A stretch of DNA of 56,515 nt from Octopus bimaculoides (taxonomy: Eukaryota), in the NCBI RefSeq assembly GCF_001194135.2, contig NC_068982.1, forward strand, positions 162,907,316-162,963,830, in the 5' to 3' direction. This document shows positions 25,848-38,690 of this stretch, piece by piece. The notes beneath the pieces were generated by a model. It saw nothing but the letters and a program-made list of their open reading frames with translations, was not told the DNA's origin and made no database searches. Both the position numbers and the translations under genes were made by a program. The first letter of the stretch is position 1. Each line of letters starts with the position of its first letter.

Positions 25848-26869
25848 GTAAGCTTGCAAGGAATGAAGCCAGTATGCTTCGATAGATGTGTAATATCAAT
25901 GTGCATACTCGACAGAGTGTAAGTACCTTGAAAGAAAAGGTGGACCTAAGAATCATCAGTTGTGGTGTGCAAGAGAGACGATTGCACTGGTATGGTCAAA
26001 TAGTGAGAATGGATGAAGAGAGCTGTGTGAAAAAGTGCCACACCCTAGCGGTTGAGGGAACCTGTGGAAGAGGTAGACCAGGAAGACCTGGGATGAGGTG
26101 GTGAAGCACGACCTTCGAACATTAGGGCTCACTGGGGAAATGACTAGTGACCAAGACCTTTAGAAATATGCTATGCATGAGAAGACCCGGCAAGACAAGT
26201 GAGACCATAACCCGTGGCCTGTACCAGGGGTATAGCTAGCCCACTTATGCGTACCTTTCCTTTCTTGGACACAAAACTCTGCTTGCAAAGAGCTGTTGAG
26301 GCCAGTGAAATCGAAATCGAACCAAATTTGACTGGCATCGATACCAACCTTCCTTCATTGGACACTAAACTCTGCTTGCAAAGACCTGTTGGGGCAAGTG
26401 AAATTGAAATTGAACCAAATTGGTTGACTGGCACCCATGCCAGTGGAGCGCTCACAGCACCATCCGAGCAGGATCTCTGCCAGAGCAGCTGTCTGGCTTC
26501 CATGCCGGTGGCACGTAAAAAGCACCATTTGAGCATGATCATTACCAGCGTCTCCTTACTGGCACGTGAGCAAAATATTCGAGCGAGGTTTGCTGCCAGT
26601 GACGCTGGACTGACTCCTGTGCAGGTGGCAAGTAAAAAACACCATTTGAGCGTGGCTGTTGCTAGTACTGCCAGACTGGCCCTCGTGCTGGTGGCACATA
26701 AAAGCACCCACTACACTCTCAGAGTTGTTGGCGTTAGGAAGGGCATCCAGCTGTAGAAACTTTGCCAGATCAGATTGGAGCCTGGTGTAGCCATCTGGTT
26801 CGTCAGTCCTCAGTCAAATCATCCAACCCATGCTAGCATGGAAAGCGGACCTTAAATGATGATGATGAT
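25848..26869 (+). mobile_element. RTE LINE ORF2 C-terminus plus complete modular 3' UTR (about 650 bp) and (GAT)n tail
   Basis: QERRLHWYG...GTCGRGRP..., stop near 26200, then the UTR through ccatgctagcatggaaagcggac. Confidence 0.92.
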
Positions 26870-27174
26870 ATATATATATATACATATTCAATTTTTTGAT
26901 ATTAATCGATATGCAGGCATTCTATTTTAGAGAATACAAAAATAACCTAATATTTTTGTATTATCTGAAGTTGAATACCCGTATATCGATTAATCCCAAA
27001 AAATGAATATTGACTTTTATCAGATGCTTTGTATATTTATAGATAAATATATAAATATATGATAAATAAGAGCCCAAAGTACAATATGTAGATGCACATA
27101 ACGCTGAAGGGTTGCACCTGATTGATTAAGAAATTTGTTTTCCCAAACCATTTATATACATATACATACACCTC

Positions 27175-28048
27175 ACCTTGCTGGTAGCATCTCCATACAA
27201 GGTTTCACCAACCACTCGTCTATCCGTAGGTTCCCAATTGACTAACACATAAGGGATTGCGGGACTTTGTGAAAAGCTCTCTCGAAGTTAACAAAAGCCA
27301 AGTATAGAGGTTTATATTTAGTTAGGTATTTCTCCTGCAGTTGCATTACCAGAAATATAGCACCATTGGTGCTTCTACTTTGCAGAAAACCAAACTGCAT
27401 CTCATCTAGGTTAATTCTCTCCCTAATTAGTTGGACTATGACTCTCTCCGCAACTATTATAACCAGATCCAACAATTTGATACATCTGTAATTATTTCTG
27501 TTTAAAGTATCATCTTTACTTTTGTAGTACTTGACTATGGCGCTGCTACACCAGTCATTGAGCATGACTCCTTCATGAACTACTTGATTTACGATGCAGG
27601 TGACAAAACCATTACCCACACCGCCCAATATTTTAAGCATCTCAGCAGTGATTCCTGATGGGCCAGAAGCTTTCCCCGTCTTCATATCCCTAATTGCTTT
27701 ACTTAAACCAAGATGTCCATGTAACAACACATTCTTCCCTAGACTTGAGTATTTCAGCAATGATGTCATCAGTATCAGATGGCTTGTTCTTTAAGCCCTG
27801 AAAACCTACCTGCACTCATTCCTAATATCTCTGTACATAGCTAGAATGACTGTCACCAGGCATTCACCTACTCCTTGCATCCAGATCAGAGAGGAAGGGA
27901 CCTTGTTGAAGGTTTGTTCCAGGCTATGAATGCTGTGTATAGTGGTTTACTTTTGGTTAAATACCTCTCCGGAAGTTGTCTTAGAAGAAAAAGAGCATTG
28001 GTAATACATTGCTCTAGAATGAAACCAGTCTGCATCTCATCCAATTAC

Positions 28049-28050
<2 letters not shown>
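27175..28050 (-). mobile_element. Two older RTE LINE RT N-terminal fragments (27175-27830 and 27870-28050)
   Basis: KTGKASGPSGI, NYRCIKLLD, LDEMQFGF, AFVNFERAF (ORF 27242..27769); second fragment LDEMQTGF...LRQLPERYL. Confidence 0.8.
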
Positions 28051-28080
<30 letters not shown>

Positions 28081-28259
28081 ACATCACATAACAGACATTG
28101 TAACATTATTTTTACCTCAACACTTTGAGGATAAAAGGTTGGTATCAGTAGATTTTCTGTGTATGTATGCAATTCTATGTGATCAAAGAATACATCTACA
28201 AGTATACTGTACTTCTAGCTCTTTGAATTATCAGGTAGATTTGAAACGGAGCCTTTATG

Positions 28260-28830
28260 TAAGTCATATCTCAGCTCAGTAGGTTCAATCTACCCTTTCT
28301 GATGCATATTGCATCCTTGTTTGAAATGCCTCCAATCATTCTTACTAGTGTTTCCTGGTTACATTGATCTTCAGTTCATATTTTAGGTTGTGTTTCAAGC
28401 AGTCCTTTTATCTTTTCATAGAATTACTCTGAGGATGCTTTCTAATTCCCAGTTAGTTGTAAAAAGCAGTTGTGGGAGCTGTTCATTGTTCACTTGTACT
28501 TGGCATCTGTTGATCTGTGATCCAATAGTGAGACAGTTGACTTTTTGTTTTTGTGTGTGGTACTGTATGGTCTTTAGTTAATCAGTAAGGTAGCCAAATT
28601 GGCTGTTCATTTCCTTAAACGTAGCACTTTTTTGTCCACAAACCTTATGCTATGGGACTGTGTGATGTTCTGAGTCTTGATACTGAATATGCGATTCAGA
28701 CACACCTTTGGTGAAATTTCAAGCATGTTCAGGTGTTTCTGGCAAATACAGAATTGTCGAAACACAGACACTAATTTTAGTTTGAATGATTTTGTCCCTC
28801 ACCATCTTACACTACACCATTTTCTTGTTA
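28260..28830 (-). mobile_element. Possible highly degenerate Tc1/mariner transposase remnant
   Basis: Frame-shifted NQETLVRMIG/AFQTRMQ resembles Tc1/mariner C-termini; the catalytic motifs are not clearly readable. Confidence 0.3.
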
Positions 28831-31097
28831 AAGTCGCACAACCCTTTTGAATTCCAGTGTCTAAGGATCTACCTCTTGACAACGTACTCCCAAGCAGTGT
28901 TGCCTTTTTAAGCTGTGCGTGCGCACTCATGTTTTACAAGGAATAAAAAGAAAAAAGTGCGTACGCAAAATTTCAAAGATAAAATCGAACTTTTTTAAAT
29001 GAAAAAATTTGAGTAATGTTTACGCGAATAGATGCGCACATTCCAAACAAAAACAAAACTTGCACACAAGTAATTTCTCCGCATGCCCACAACAAATTAG
29101 AGGGAATGTTCCCAAGATATAAAAATGGGCCTCACAGTCTTTAATCCGATACCATTTACTTAAACATTTTGTTCAATGTAGGGATCAGTCGGTGGAGAAA
29201 TTAACATTAGTCTTCAAGCTTACTATGGGGTCAAAAGCAACTATAAAGTGGTCCATTATAAACCGCGTGTCATTTACATTAGAAGCAACAAAAATCAGCA
29301 TCATCTGTATAAAGTAACTATCGAATCAAAGTTACAATTGAATTCCCTCAGGTCAAAGGCCTTGCATGTTATTTCTATAACTTCGGTGGATATTAATGTG
29401 ACATGCATGAAAGAATACTGGGATATCGCTTTATTTAATCCCATTGTTTATAGTAATTTCGTCAGAGCTGCTCACTGAAAGTGATCAGAGCCTTAATATT
29501 ACAATGTTGTTTCTTAAACTACAAATTTGACGGACAATCCAACTTTCCATGAACTTTCCTAATCTTTCTTCTCTGTTAAAGGTGTCAAAGGCCTTTGTTA
29601 AGTCAACAACGACCCGATATAGAAGCACCTGCTGCCATATATGTATGTATATATATATATCGTCGATCCGAATATTAATGGTTATGCCTTGTCACTGGTC
29701 AGAATGTTACCGTCGGTTTCGCGCCGACTAGGCAATACTGACTCCTCAGACATGCTCCTTAATACCATACATATGCACTATATTACTCACTGATGTGACT
29801 TTTTCAGACTTATGGACGACACACACATATATATTAGATAGATATGTATGCGTGTGCAATGTTTATTTAGAAAAGGCACACACGCACATTAAACTGTGTC
29901 GATATCTGTTAATGCATGTGATATGATGTGGGAAGAAACCTAACCAAATATCAAATAGAACCTGATAAATAATAAACATAAAATGATGTCAACACTTCTT
30001 GGGAATATAAGATGTTGAAAGGGGAGACAGTATACAAATTTGCGAAAAAGTAAACAAAAGTGCATGGTCACTGGCTTAATGTTTGAAATATCAATGGAAA
30101 AATGAACAGAAGAGAGGGATATACGAAGTGTACATATTCACACGCGCGCGCAGGAAATATGTGTTTAATCTACATAACACATGGCATATAAAGTTGGTGT
30201 GTATGAGGTGGGTAGAGCAGTAGACTATCTGTGGAAAAACTCAGAAAGTTCCATCACTAAGCAAAGTTGAGCTGAAACACTGATATTTTAAAACTTATAC
30301 TTGCCTTTGATGTCAATAAAGATCGATTGATTGAAATAAATAGGATTTTATCATTAATTATCTTTCAGCGTATTATCCTTTGTCTCGTAGCTCCGTTTCG
30401 ATTCATTTAAACACCGACTGAAATGGAGTTAGTTTCCGTCTCTGCTTTCATAAACATTTAGAATGAATTTTGCTTCAAGCTTCTATAAATAACATTTGAT
30501 GCCGGTTTTAGATCGTAAAATTTTACTCTGAAACTAGTCTTTCTAGACTAATAGTCGATAATGATGATAAGGAGAGTTAAACTCTATCGTTTTTCTATAA
30601 TTCTATAATTGAGATCGGTGAAATATACATAAAAAAAAAATCTCGGTGAACCTAGTAAATATGAAAGAGACGAGCAAATGCTGGTTCACTACCGAGCTAT
30701 ATTAAAATCGCGGACATAAGGTGCCTCGCACACATATACATATATACATACATGCACAGATGTATGCAAAAAGTACAACTAGCGCATGCGTACTGACACC
30801 TACTGTTATGGCTATCCATTGACCTCTTAGCAACACTCACAGCTATGTCTTAGCCCTATGCTATTACTTTTTTTTTTTTTTAGGAATTTCTTGCTGTTGC
30901 CGACTTTATTCTAATATATCAGCATTTATATTTTATTCATTTCAACATTCACATTTTATAAGAAAAAAAAGCGAGAAAATACACCAGCTTTAAAAACACA
31001 TTTCGTTAAATATATATTTTTCATTTCGTTTTCTCTTTTGCATGCAGGTGTATACAATGTAACATACTGAAATTTTTAATTTTTATTTACTTTACAG

Positions 31098-31186
31098 AAC
31101 TTTATAAAATAACAATAGCCAAGTAAAAACGATGGAAATATTGGAGAATAAATGGAGGGAAAAAATAGGGAAATTCGGCGTGGAAG
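31098..31186 (+). other. Exon-like block of a putative plus-strand gene (probably 5' UTR; short ORF MEILENKWREKIGKFGVE)
   Basis: tttactttacag|AACT acceptor (alternative at 31047) and a strong GAAG|gtgagt donor at 31187. Confidence 0.4.
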
Positions 31187-31199
31187 GTGAGTCTGCCAT

Positions 31200-31780
31200 A
31201 GATCTGAAGATAAGAGATCAGCTGACCTCTTTTGACCAATCAGCGCTCACTTCAGCGCCGTCTCCTCCAAATTGTTGTTAGTATCACTGTTTAGGCTAAC
31301 AGTTGTATATTCTCATGGTCTGTTCGGTCGTTTACTATTGTCAGTCTAAGGCTAAACCTTTATTTCTTTTAAGAATTTTGTAGATGTAGAAATTCTACGA
31401 AGACATTTCACTCGCATTTGGAGTTAATGTTGAACATTTAAAGAAAATTGCTGGTTATTTTCATTGATTGCGTTCAGCTTGTAATCATGTGATATCGATT
31501 GACCAATCAAAATTTTTGGTTGTGAAGCAAGCATATATAAAGCTGAAATGCGAGAGAATTGGAGTAATGCTGGCAAGGAAGCTCGCGCTGGTATTGGAAA
31601 TCCGGCGTGGAAAATGGATACAAAGACCCATCCAGCTCTGCAAGGATATAAAACGAATGCTCCAAAAATGTCTAAAGGGTACTGAAATTATATTTTTGTT
31701 TTAGGAACTCAAAAAGTGCATTATTTTAGCCATCCGAGGAGTGGGAAGCTCCATTGTAAGGTCCGCCATTGTTCGTAAGT
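31200..31780 (+). promoter_or_regulatory. Candidate promoter / first exon of the plus-strand gene
   Basis: CpG-retaining region; two GACCAATCA (NF-Y-like) boxes near 31237 and 31503; CCGCCATT (YY1-like) at about 31763; donor GTTC|gtaagt at 31775 followed by T-rich intron-like DNA. Confidence 0.45.
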
Positions 31781-34700
31781 AGGCTGCCGTTTCGACTCTC
31801 TTTTCTTGGTATTTATTTGAAGCGTCAACCTTAGGTTTCGATTTGCATATTTGTTCATTTGTTTTTATAAAGATACATAGATCATTTTTATGTAAATATT
31901 ATGCGTAAAAACGCCCTTTAAAATATGTATTTTGGTTGGGATTTAAAACCCTGGCCGCGGTCTAGAAAATAAAAATGTCGTTTTAACCGAATCAGCAAAT
32001 GTCGTTATTTCTTCAACTATTTTCTGTGTCTGAATCACTTCAGAAATTCTCGCAATTAATCTCTCTGCAAATTATTGATTTTTTAATGTCGTAATTAACC
32101 GATCATAGCTATTTTTATGCTGATATTAAATATATTTTTCATATTAATGGATGGTTTCGACGTAAACAAGGGCAGACAAAGGTGGGAGGGGGGAAATATA
32201 TAATATACGGTCAATCGAGATCTTTATTTTATTTGAATTTTCCTTATTTTCACGCGTTAAAAACTTGCTTGTTTGGATCGTGTCCATTGCCACAGTCCGT
32301 GTTGTGCATATCTAGATAATTGACTATGTTGAAGTGTGTGATTATGCTTAAATAAAGCTTCTAAATCAAACCTCCATTTTGTGGACATCAGGCAGACTAT
32401 TTTAACAAAATGATGGTGTTAGTTAAGAAGTGATGAAGGAAGTGTTTCAATCTCTATGATGCAGTAAGGTGACAACAAATGTTCTAATGATTTTATGTAG
32501 TTGTGTGTGTGTGTGTGTGTGCTGCGGCGGTGTGAAGCTGGTCGTTAGTGTTACAGTAGTAGTAGTAGTAGCTGCAACCGTAGCTTGCTTGCCTCCATTT
32601 ATTTCCTTCTAGATGTCTCTTGGATCTTTTTCATTGGCCCCATTTATTTTACTCTGCAATTTTGATTTCGTAGAAGCTATCTAACTTTATTGATGTTATT
32701 GCCTATGAAACGGTGTACTATTTCTGTCCTCTTCAGTTCGATCTTTTCGAAGGCGGTGGATGGCAGCAACGAAGCGCGCCTCTTTCTTCACAACTCTTAA
32801 ACGGTTAATGTTACTGTATGGAGCCACTCTTACCCTTACCATGACTATTCACTTCTGAGTATAACAACTTACACTGCATTATATATATATATATACTTTT
32901 GTTACTTGTGTTTAGTGAAATTGTCACTCTAGATACACTGGGGTTACAATCGGTAATTAAATTATTTCAAATCATTAATAATACTTACTGCTTTAGATAA
33001 AATTTAACATCGATCACCATAATGGATCGATGTAATCGATAAATAATTGGTGCTGCCACTATGAACACACCTCCGTGAAGGAAAATGGATGGCTTCAATT
33101 CTTCCATCGTTCTTGTTACGCTGTCCTAACTACTGTACAAAGGTTTCAAACAGGAAGTACTCTATAAACCTAACTCTACACTGACTTGATTTACTGCTCA
33201 AATCTTGCCTTTTAATATCTTCTCTTCACTTAACATGTTTAGAATAGCTTACTTTCATATAGTTCTTCCTTGATGGGAAGTCTTAATTCTGATATAATGC
33301 AGTGAACTTGATTCTCCAACTATCTACCTTTATAAATGGGCGGACACACTTCCTCGTCCTTACACGTGGTGTCACCGCCATTTGGCAATGGGTACTCAAA
33401 CGACCTCATTTCTACCCGTCTTCTACCTTTCTTTATTCACTCTTAAAACAGTTTTTTTTTCTTTGAATTTAAATAAAATCTTTACGTTTTTAACAAGCTG
33501 TTTTCTTATTTTATTTATTTATTACCTGCTGTCAATCGTAATTTATGGTGGGAAATGAAAATTGACTTACGTTTAATCTGAAAAAGTATTTAATGAATCT
33601 GTACACTATGGTGGACGACTGTCGCGTACTGTCAAGTAAATAAGAAGATAGCGCAGTCAGTTTACAAAAGCTGTGTGTATGTGTGTTGGTAGCTGAATAG
33701 TGTGAAAGCCGGCCCAGCACGTTCATCTGTTGCCAGGGCCGGCCACATTACTACTGCTTATGTTAAGTAGGCCATCGTCTTAAAACTGCTCTCTTTACTC
33801 TGCCGCCAAATCACAAGTCCCCCCCTCCATTCTCTTTCCTTACCCTCCCGCTTTCTCTAGTATTATTATTACATTATATATATTAGTCTCGATTAGAATA
33901 TTAACTCGAGTAATACAAAAATAATCGAATTAATAATAGATAGTTTTTATTCTAAAGTAACTCTGTTCCATCTATGTATCCAAACGAATTGATAAACATT
34001 TCCCTCTTTCGTTGATAGAAGATAAAAATCTCTTCAGATCACTATCGACCGCCATATTTTTCTAACGTGTTTCTTTTAATATCAGTTGTATAAACAGCTG
34101 CCACTATATATACATACATATATAATCTTCGGCCAAAGCAATAGTTCTGTAGTGATTAATAATGAAAATAGTTGTATTGTAAAAATTTAGCAACATTATT
34201 AATTTGGTTTGATATAAACAGAAAGAATAAAAGTTATGTAATTGGAGATAATTATTTCTAAGGTGTCTCCTATGACTAATACATTAGCAGTTTCATTTTT
34301 AATTGTACAAAACAATATATTCGTTTTAATTAGTTTCTCATATTTCTATGAGCTAAAGTTGAGAAAATCAAGCATTGTGTTGCTCTAAGAATATGAGATA
34401 CTTGGTTTCAGACTATTGTATATTTTTCTTTTTAAAACAGTCCAAATAATGTGAAATGACAGCCTTCTTGATTAGTCCTAGGTCAGCCTACTAGAGTAAA
34501 GATGATTAAGGTTATCCCAGCCTTTTGCATATCTAGGACCTACATTCTCCTCTTGTAATATTGTTTGCTGAAAAGTGTGGAACATGTGTGTCAGTAGGAA
34601 GAGTTGTTAGCTTAATGATTCACTAACAACTGGTAATTTATTGATTGTTTTGGTCTGCTCTCCTCGTATTTAGTAGTAGTAGCAGCATGTCATGTTCGCT

Positions 34701-37700
34701 GTCTTTCTTTACAAGTAGCGGTAGCAGTAAAGTGTAGATGATGATAATAATAATCATAGTATTAGTTGTAGCACCAAGATATTTCAATATGGTCAAGTAG
34801 GACAAATAGAAAGAATATACTTTATCCAATATATTACTCATGAACACTGCTTGTATTTACTTTCTTCACCCTCTCTCTTTGCTGCCGCCGACTAAAGGCG
34901 ATCACCAGCGCCCTGCTGCTTCTGTCACTCCAGTTTCATTATTCATTCGGTCGCTAGTATTGAGTGCTGTAGAAGCTATTTATAAGCTAGATTTTTCAAC
35001 TTCATTATAAGGATTTTTAATTTTCAAATAGTTGATTGAAACTTTCGAACCGATTTCATTGAAAGTTGTCATTTTGAAAATGTCTTACATTTGTATAGGT
35101 ATTTAAACCAAAGGATATATTAAAATAATGGAGATCTTACAGCAGTGATATCGGGAAAACTGAAATATAAGATTCAGCAAATGAATGGCTTAAGTGAAAG
35201 TTGATTTTTGTAAATTAAGCATGCAAACTTGTAAAAAATAAACCTCTCTGTATGGGAGGGAGAGAAATGACATACTAGGACTGATTAAAGACCTAATTCA
35301 ATAGCATTTTCTTTTTGCATGTGTTCTGATGATGAAATCCGTGTGAAATATTTAATTACAAATGTCTTTAATTAAAAGATATTTCATTTTGATGTCTCAG
35401 AAATAACTTTTTTCGTCAGAAAAACGTTCATCAATAATTTCTTAATAATCTCTGCTAATGAACTGACACTTTATGCTATCAGTTTCGTGGGTTCTGTCAG
35501 CGGTTATTATCTATGTGTCCTTGATGAGAAAAAGCTTATATTTAACGTTAAGACGAAATTTTGACCACTATGTGGGCAAGGGGTGACACAGTAGCTTACA
35601 TCCAGCATTTGAACACACTTGTTTTTTGAGGCTTCAAAAATGTTCGGCTATTGTATTCATTTCTATACAATTTACACAGCCTAAAATGTTTGATAAAAAA
35701 ACAAATTAATGATAAGTATCGATATATTCAGGTAATTAAGGGTGAGAGACATAGTCACAGATGGTGACAGCGCCTCATCGAAATAAGATTAATGATGTAA
35801 ACAAAGATAACACGATATGTCAAGATGACGGTATTTGTGTGTGTGTGTATATATATTATCTGATAGTGACATTACAATATATGTAATCTTTGTTTAAATA
35901 AATCCTTTTTGAATATTAGGTTGTGAGGTTCATGTCTCAAAGTTTTTAATAACTTGAAAATTTGAATGAAATATTTCTTACCAGCGATGGATGCAGTTTA
36001 AAGGGGAGGGGGTCGTTCTGCTTATTAGTGAATGAACTCTGCAGTCAATTTTTATATTTTACGGCTATTGAGATTTTAGAAAATTTTGATAAATCTAGTG
36101 ACATTTAATTTTTTTTTTTTTTTTTTTTAAATAAACTAATCGTTAAGATTCGTAATTTTCAATTGATGTTTCACGCTACTTCGAATAATTTTACAGCGAA
36201 GGGCGTAACNNNNNNNNNNTTTTTTTTTTTTTTTTTTAGTGTAAAATTTACGATTTAAAAAAAATTTTCATTTATTTTTTTTATAGCATAACAAAATATT
36301 TATACAATATTTAAAGCACTCGCTTCTCGCAAAATTTCAATAACTTTACTGAGCTTAAATAAAGTCGAAAGAGACCACCTAAAATGTTTCCTCGGATTAA
36401 AAGTTCCTTTTTTTTTTATTTAAAAATTTTTTTTATTTTATTTATTTTTTTTACAAAATATACATTTTCAAGGAAGTGGGAAACAAAGTTGGTCTGGGGT
36501 TACACTACACTGTAGGTTGTGCCGTAATTAGATGATGAATGGATGGCTTAGGTTTCATTCAAATAAAATTATTGGAACAAATGGCTGAAAAGTTCATTCT
36601 TTTCTGGTTAGAGAAGTACTTCTGGCAGTGTCAAAATGATTCGTCCTGGAAGCTTCTTGGAGACAATTATTCAGATCTGTAATTTAAACCACATCTTTTT
36701 CACTGTACCTGTGTGTAAATTGAATATATATCATATTAAACATTTAGACATGTTTTTGAATGAGTAGTGGAATTTTGAGTTTTCGCTAATTTTAATTCAA
36801 TTTAATAATAACTATATATATGACAATTTATTGGTGAGAATTTTCCAATAAAAAAAAAATTGATATGCCTTAGGGAAATGGTTAAACATATCCCAATTTG
36901 ATTTATGGAGAAAGTGGGGAAGTTGTTTTCAGAAAATGCTTCGTATATCCTTATAAAGCTTTGAACTGTGAGTTTTCAAAAGGAAGATATTGAATGCTTT
37001 TCCAGAAGGTAATGTGTGACATTCAGCAATATTGTCAAAATGGAAGTAGGTCAGACAAAATTCTTAGGTAAGTAAAGTTAGCAATAGGAAGTTCAAATTA
37101 TAGAAAACATGGGAAATATGGAACATACAAAGGAGAGGTGGTTCTCGATTTATTTTGGAGGCGTTATTATCATCATCATCCGTCTGTTCTCCATGTTGGT
37201 ATGGATTATGGTTTGTCAGAATCTGGCAGCCCTTAGGGCTGTGTCGTGCTCCATTGTCAGCTTTGGCATGGTTACTAGAATTACTTGGTCTAACTCTTGT
37301 CAGCATGAAAGAGTGGATGTAAAAATAAAGAAATGGCTATGATTTAGGCTTTTCACCTGATTTTACTCCAAATTGTAATTCTAGTGTGATAAAGTTTAGG
37401 ACAGTACTGGGGCTTGTTTCTATATTATTGAACATGAAAATATTTTGTATCTTTTATTGATTGCCAAAATAGATGCTCAAGAGTTTATTTACTATTGAGC
37501 TATGCATCTCAACTGTTCAAAAATGATAATAAGTAAATATATAATTTCATATTACCATAGGAATAAGCATGGTAAATAGAGTAATAATATGGCAAATACC
37601 CTCCACCCTTATATTCGTTCAGATTTATAATATTAAAACATGGAATTTGAGAAGTTAAATATAAAATATTTAGTGAAGTTCTTTGTTACATTAAATACAT

Positions 37701-38451
37701 AAGATCTGGTATAGGTACACCTGTTTATGAGAATGCTTTAATAACTATTTCAAAAGGTTTTTGTTTGGATAGAAAGTTGAGTCTCAGATCCAAAATCTGA
37801 TCCAACTGATGTAAAGTTTTTTATAAAAATTCAGTTGAAATGCCTTTTGACTTAAATAGTTTTATATATATGAAATGTCCCTGAAAAATTTATTATAGAT
37901 TGGGAAGCAGTATCAAGCCTATTATGCTTTGTTTTATGTGTTGTTAATTGCATTAGCAATTAGTAAAAATTATTTGTTGAATATGTAATTTATGATTGCA
38001 TATATTTAAACTTTGAAAATATGTATGAAAATTAGGTAGTTACAATTGATTGGTTATGTAGTTATGAATACATGGCTTAATTCTTGTTACAGTTTTTCCA
38101 ATTTTTCATTTACACATTTAGTAATCAATGTTCATGCTATTTTTCTTGTTGACTTTGTTAGGGCTCTGAAGTTGATTTAGTCCATTATTTCATTAATTTA
38201 GGTTCTATGTCTGTAGCAGGTTCTGCTTGGGTGTAGTGTAGTGTAACTAGATTTTCAGGCATTAAATAAGTACAAAGTTTAAAATGTTTGATTTTTATAA
38301 ATCTGGTTATTCAAATAGAACAAATTTAAAATATTTGAAGCTTTAAGTTATTTTTAGTGTGACAAGTATTTTAATTAACCAAGTACTAAGGTCCCTGAAA
38401 GATTTTAGAATAAGTCATTTGGGCTTTTCTGTTCTCTTTATTCTCTTGCAG

Positions 38452-38690
38452 GTAGAAAAAGGGAGTCAATAAAGCTTCTTGGCAATGGTCCACGTCATTT
38501 TCTTGGTTACTATTCTCTACCAGTTGAGCTCAGACAATGGAAACTACACAAGTTTGGCGAAGACATATGGGAAAATTAAATATGGAAATGTAAAATTTTC
38601 ATACCCTGATATATGACCTCAGCAGAACCAAATGGTGTTGCAGTTGCTTTTTGAACTGCTAATGGTAGCCTTAAATGCAACTGTCAACAA
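38452..38690 (+). other. Exon-like block (strong acceptor; 3' boundary uncertain)
   Basis: Long polypyrimidine tract ttttctgttctctttattctcttgcag|GTAG; more balanced composition than the flanks; no clear donor. Confidence 0.35.

Noticed and set aside
26171-26756. Overlapping 178-aa and 180-aa ORFs on both strands
   Set aside because: They lie in the GC-richer modular LINE 3' UTR; the frames are not preserved in other copies.
31613-31765. Short ORFs in the promoter-like region (MDTKTHPALQ... on plus; MADLTMELPTP... on minus)
   Set aside because: 22-23 codons, no recognisable homology or convincing splice continuation.
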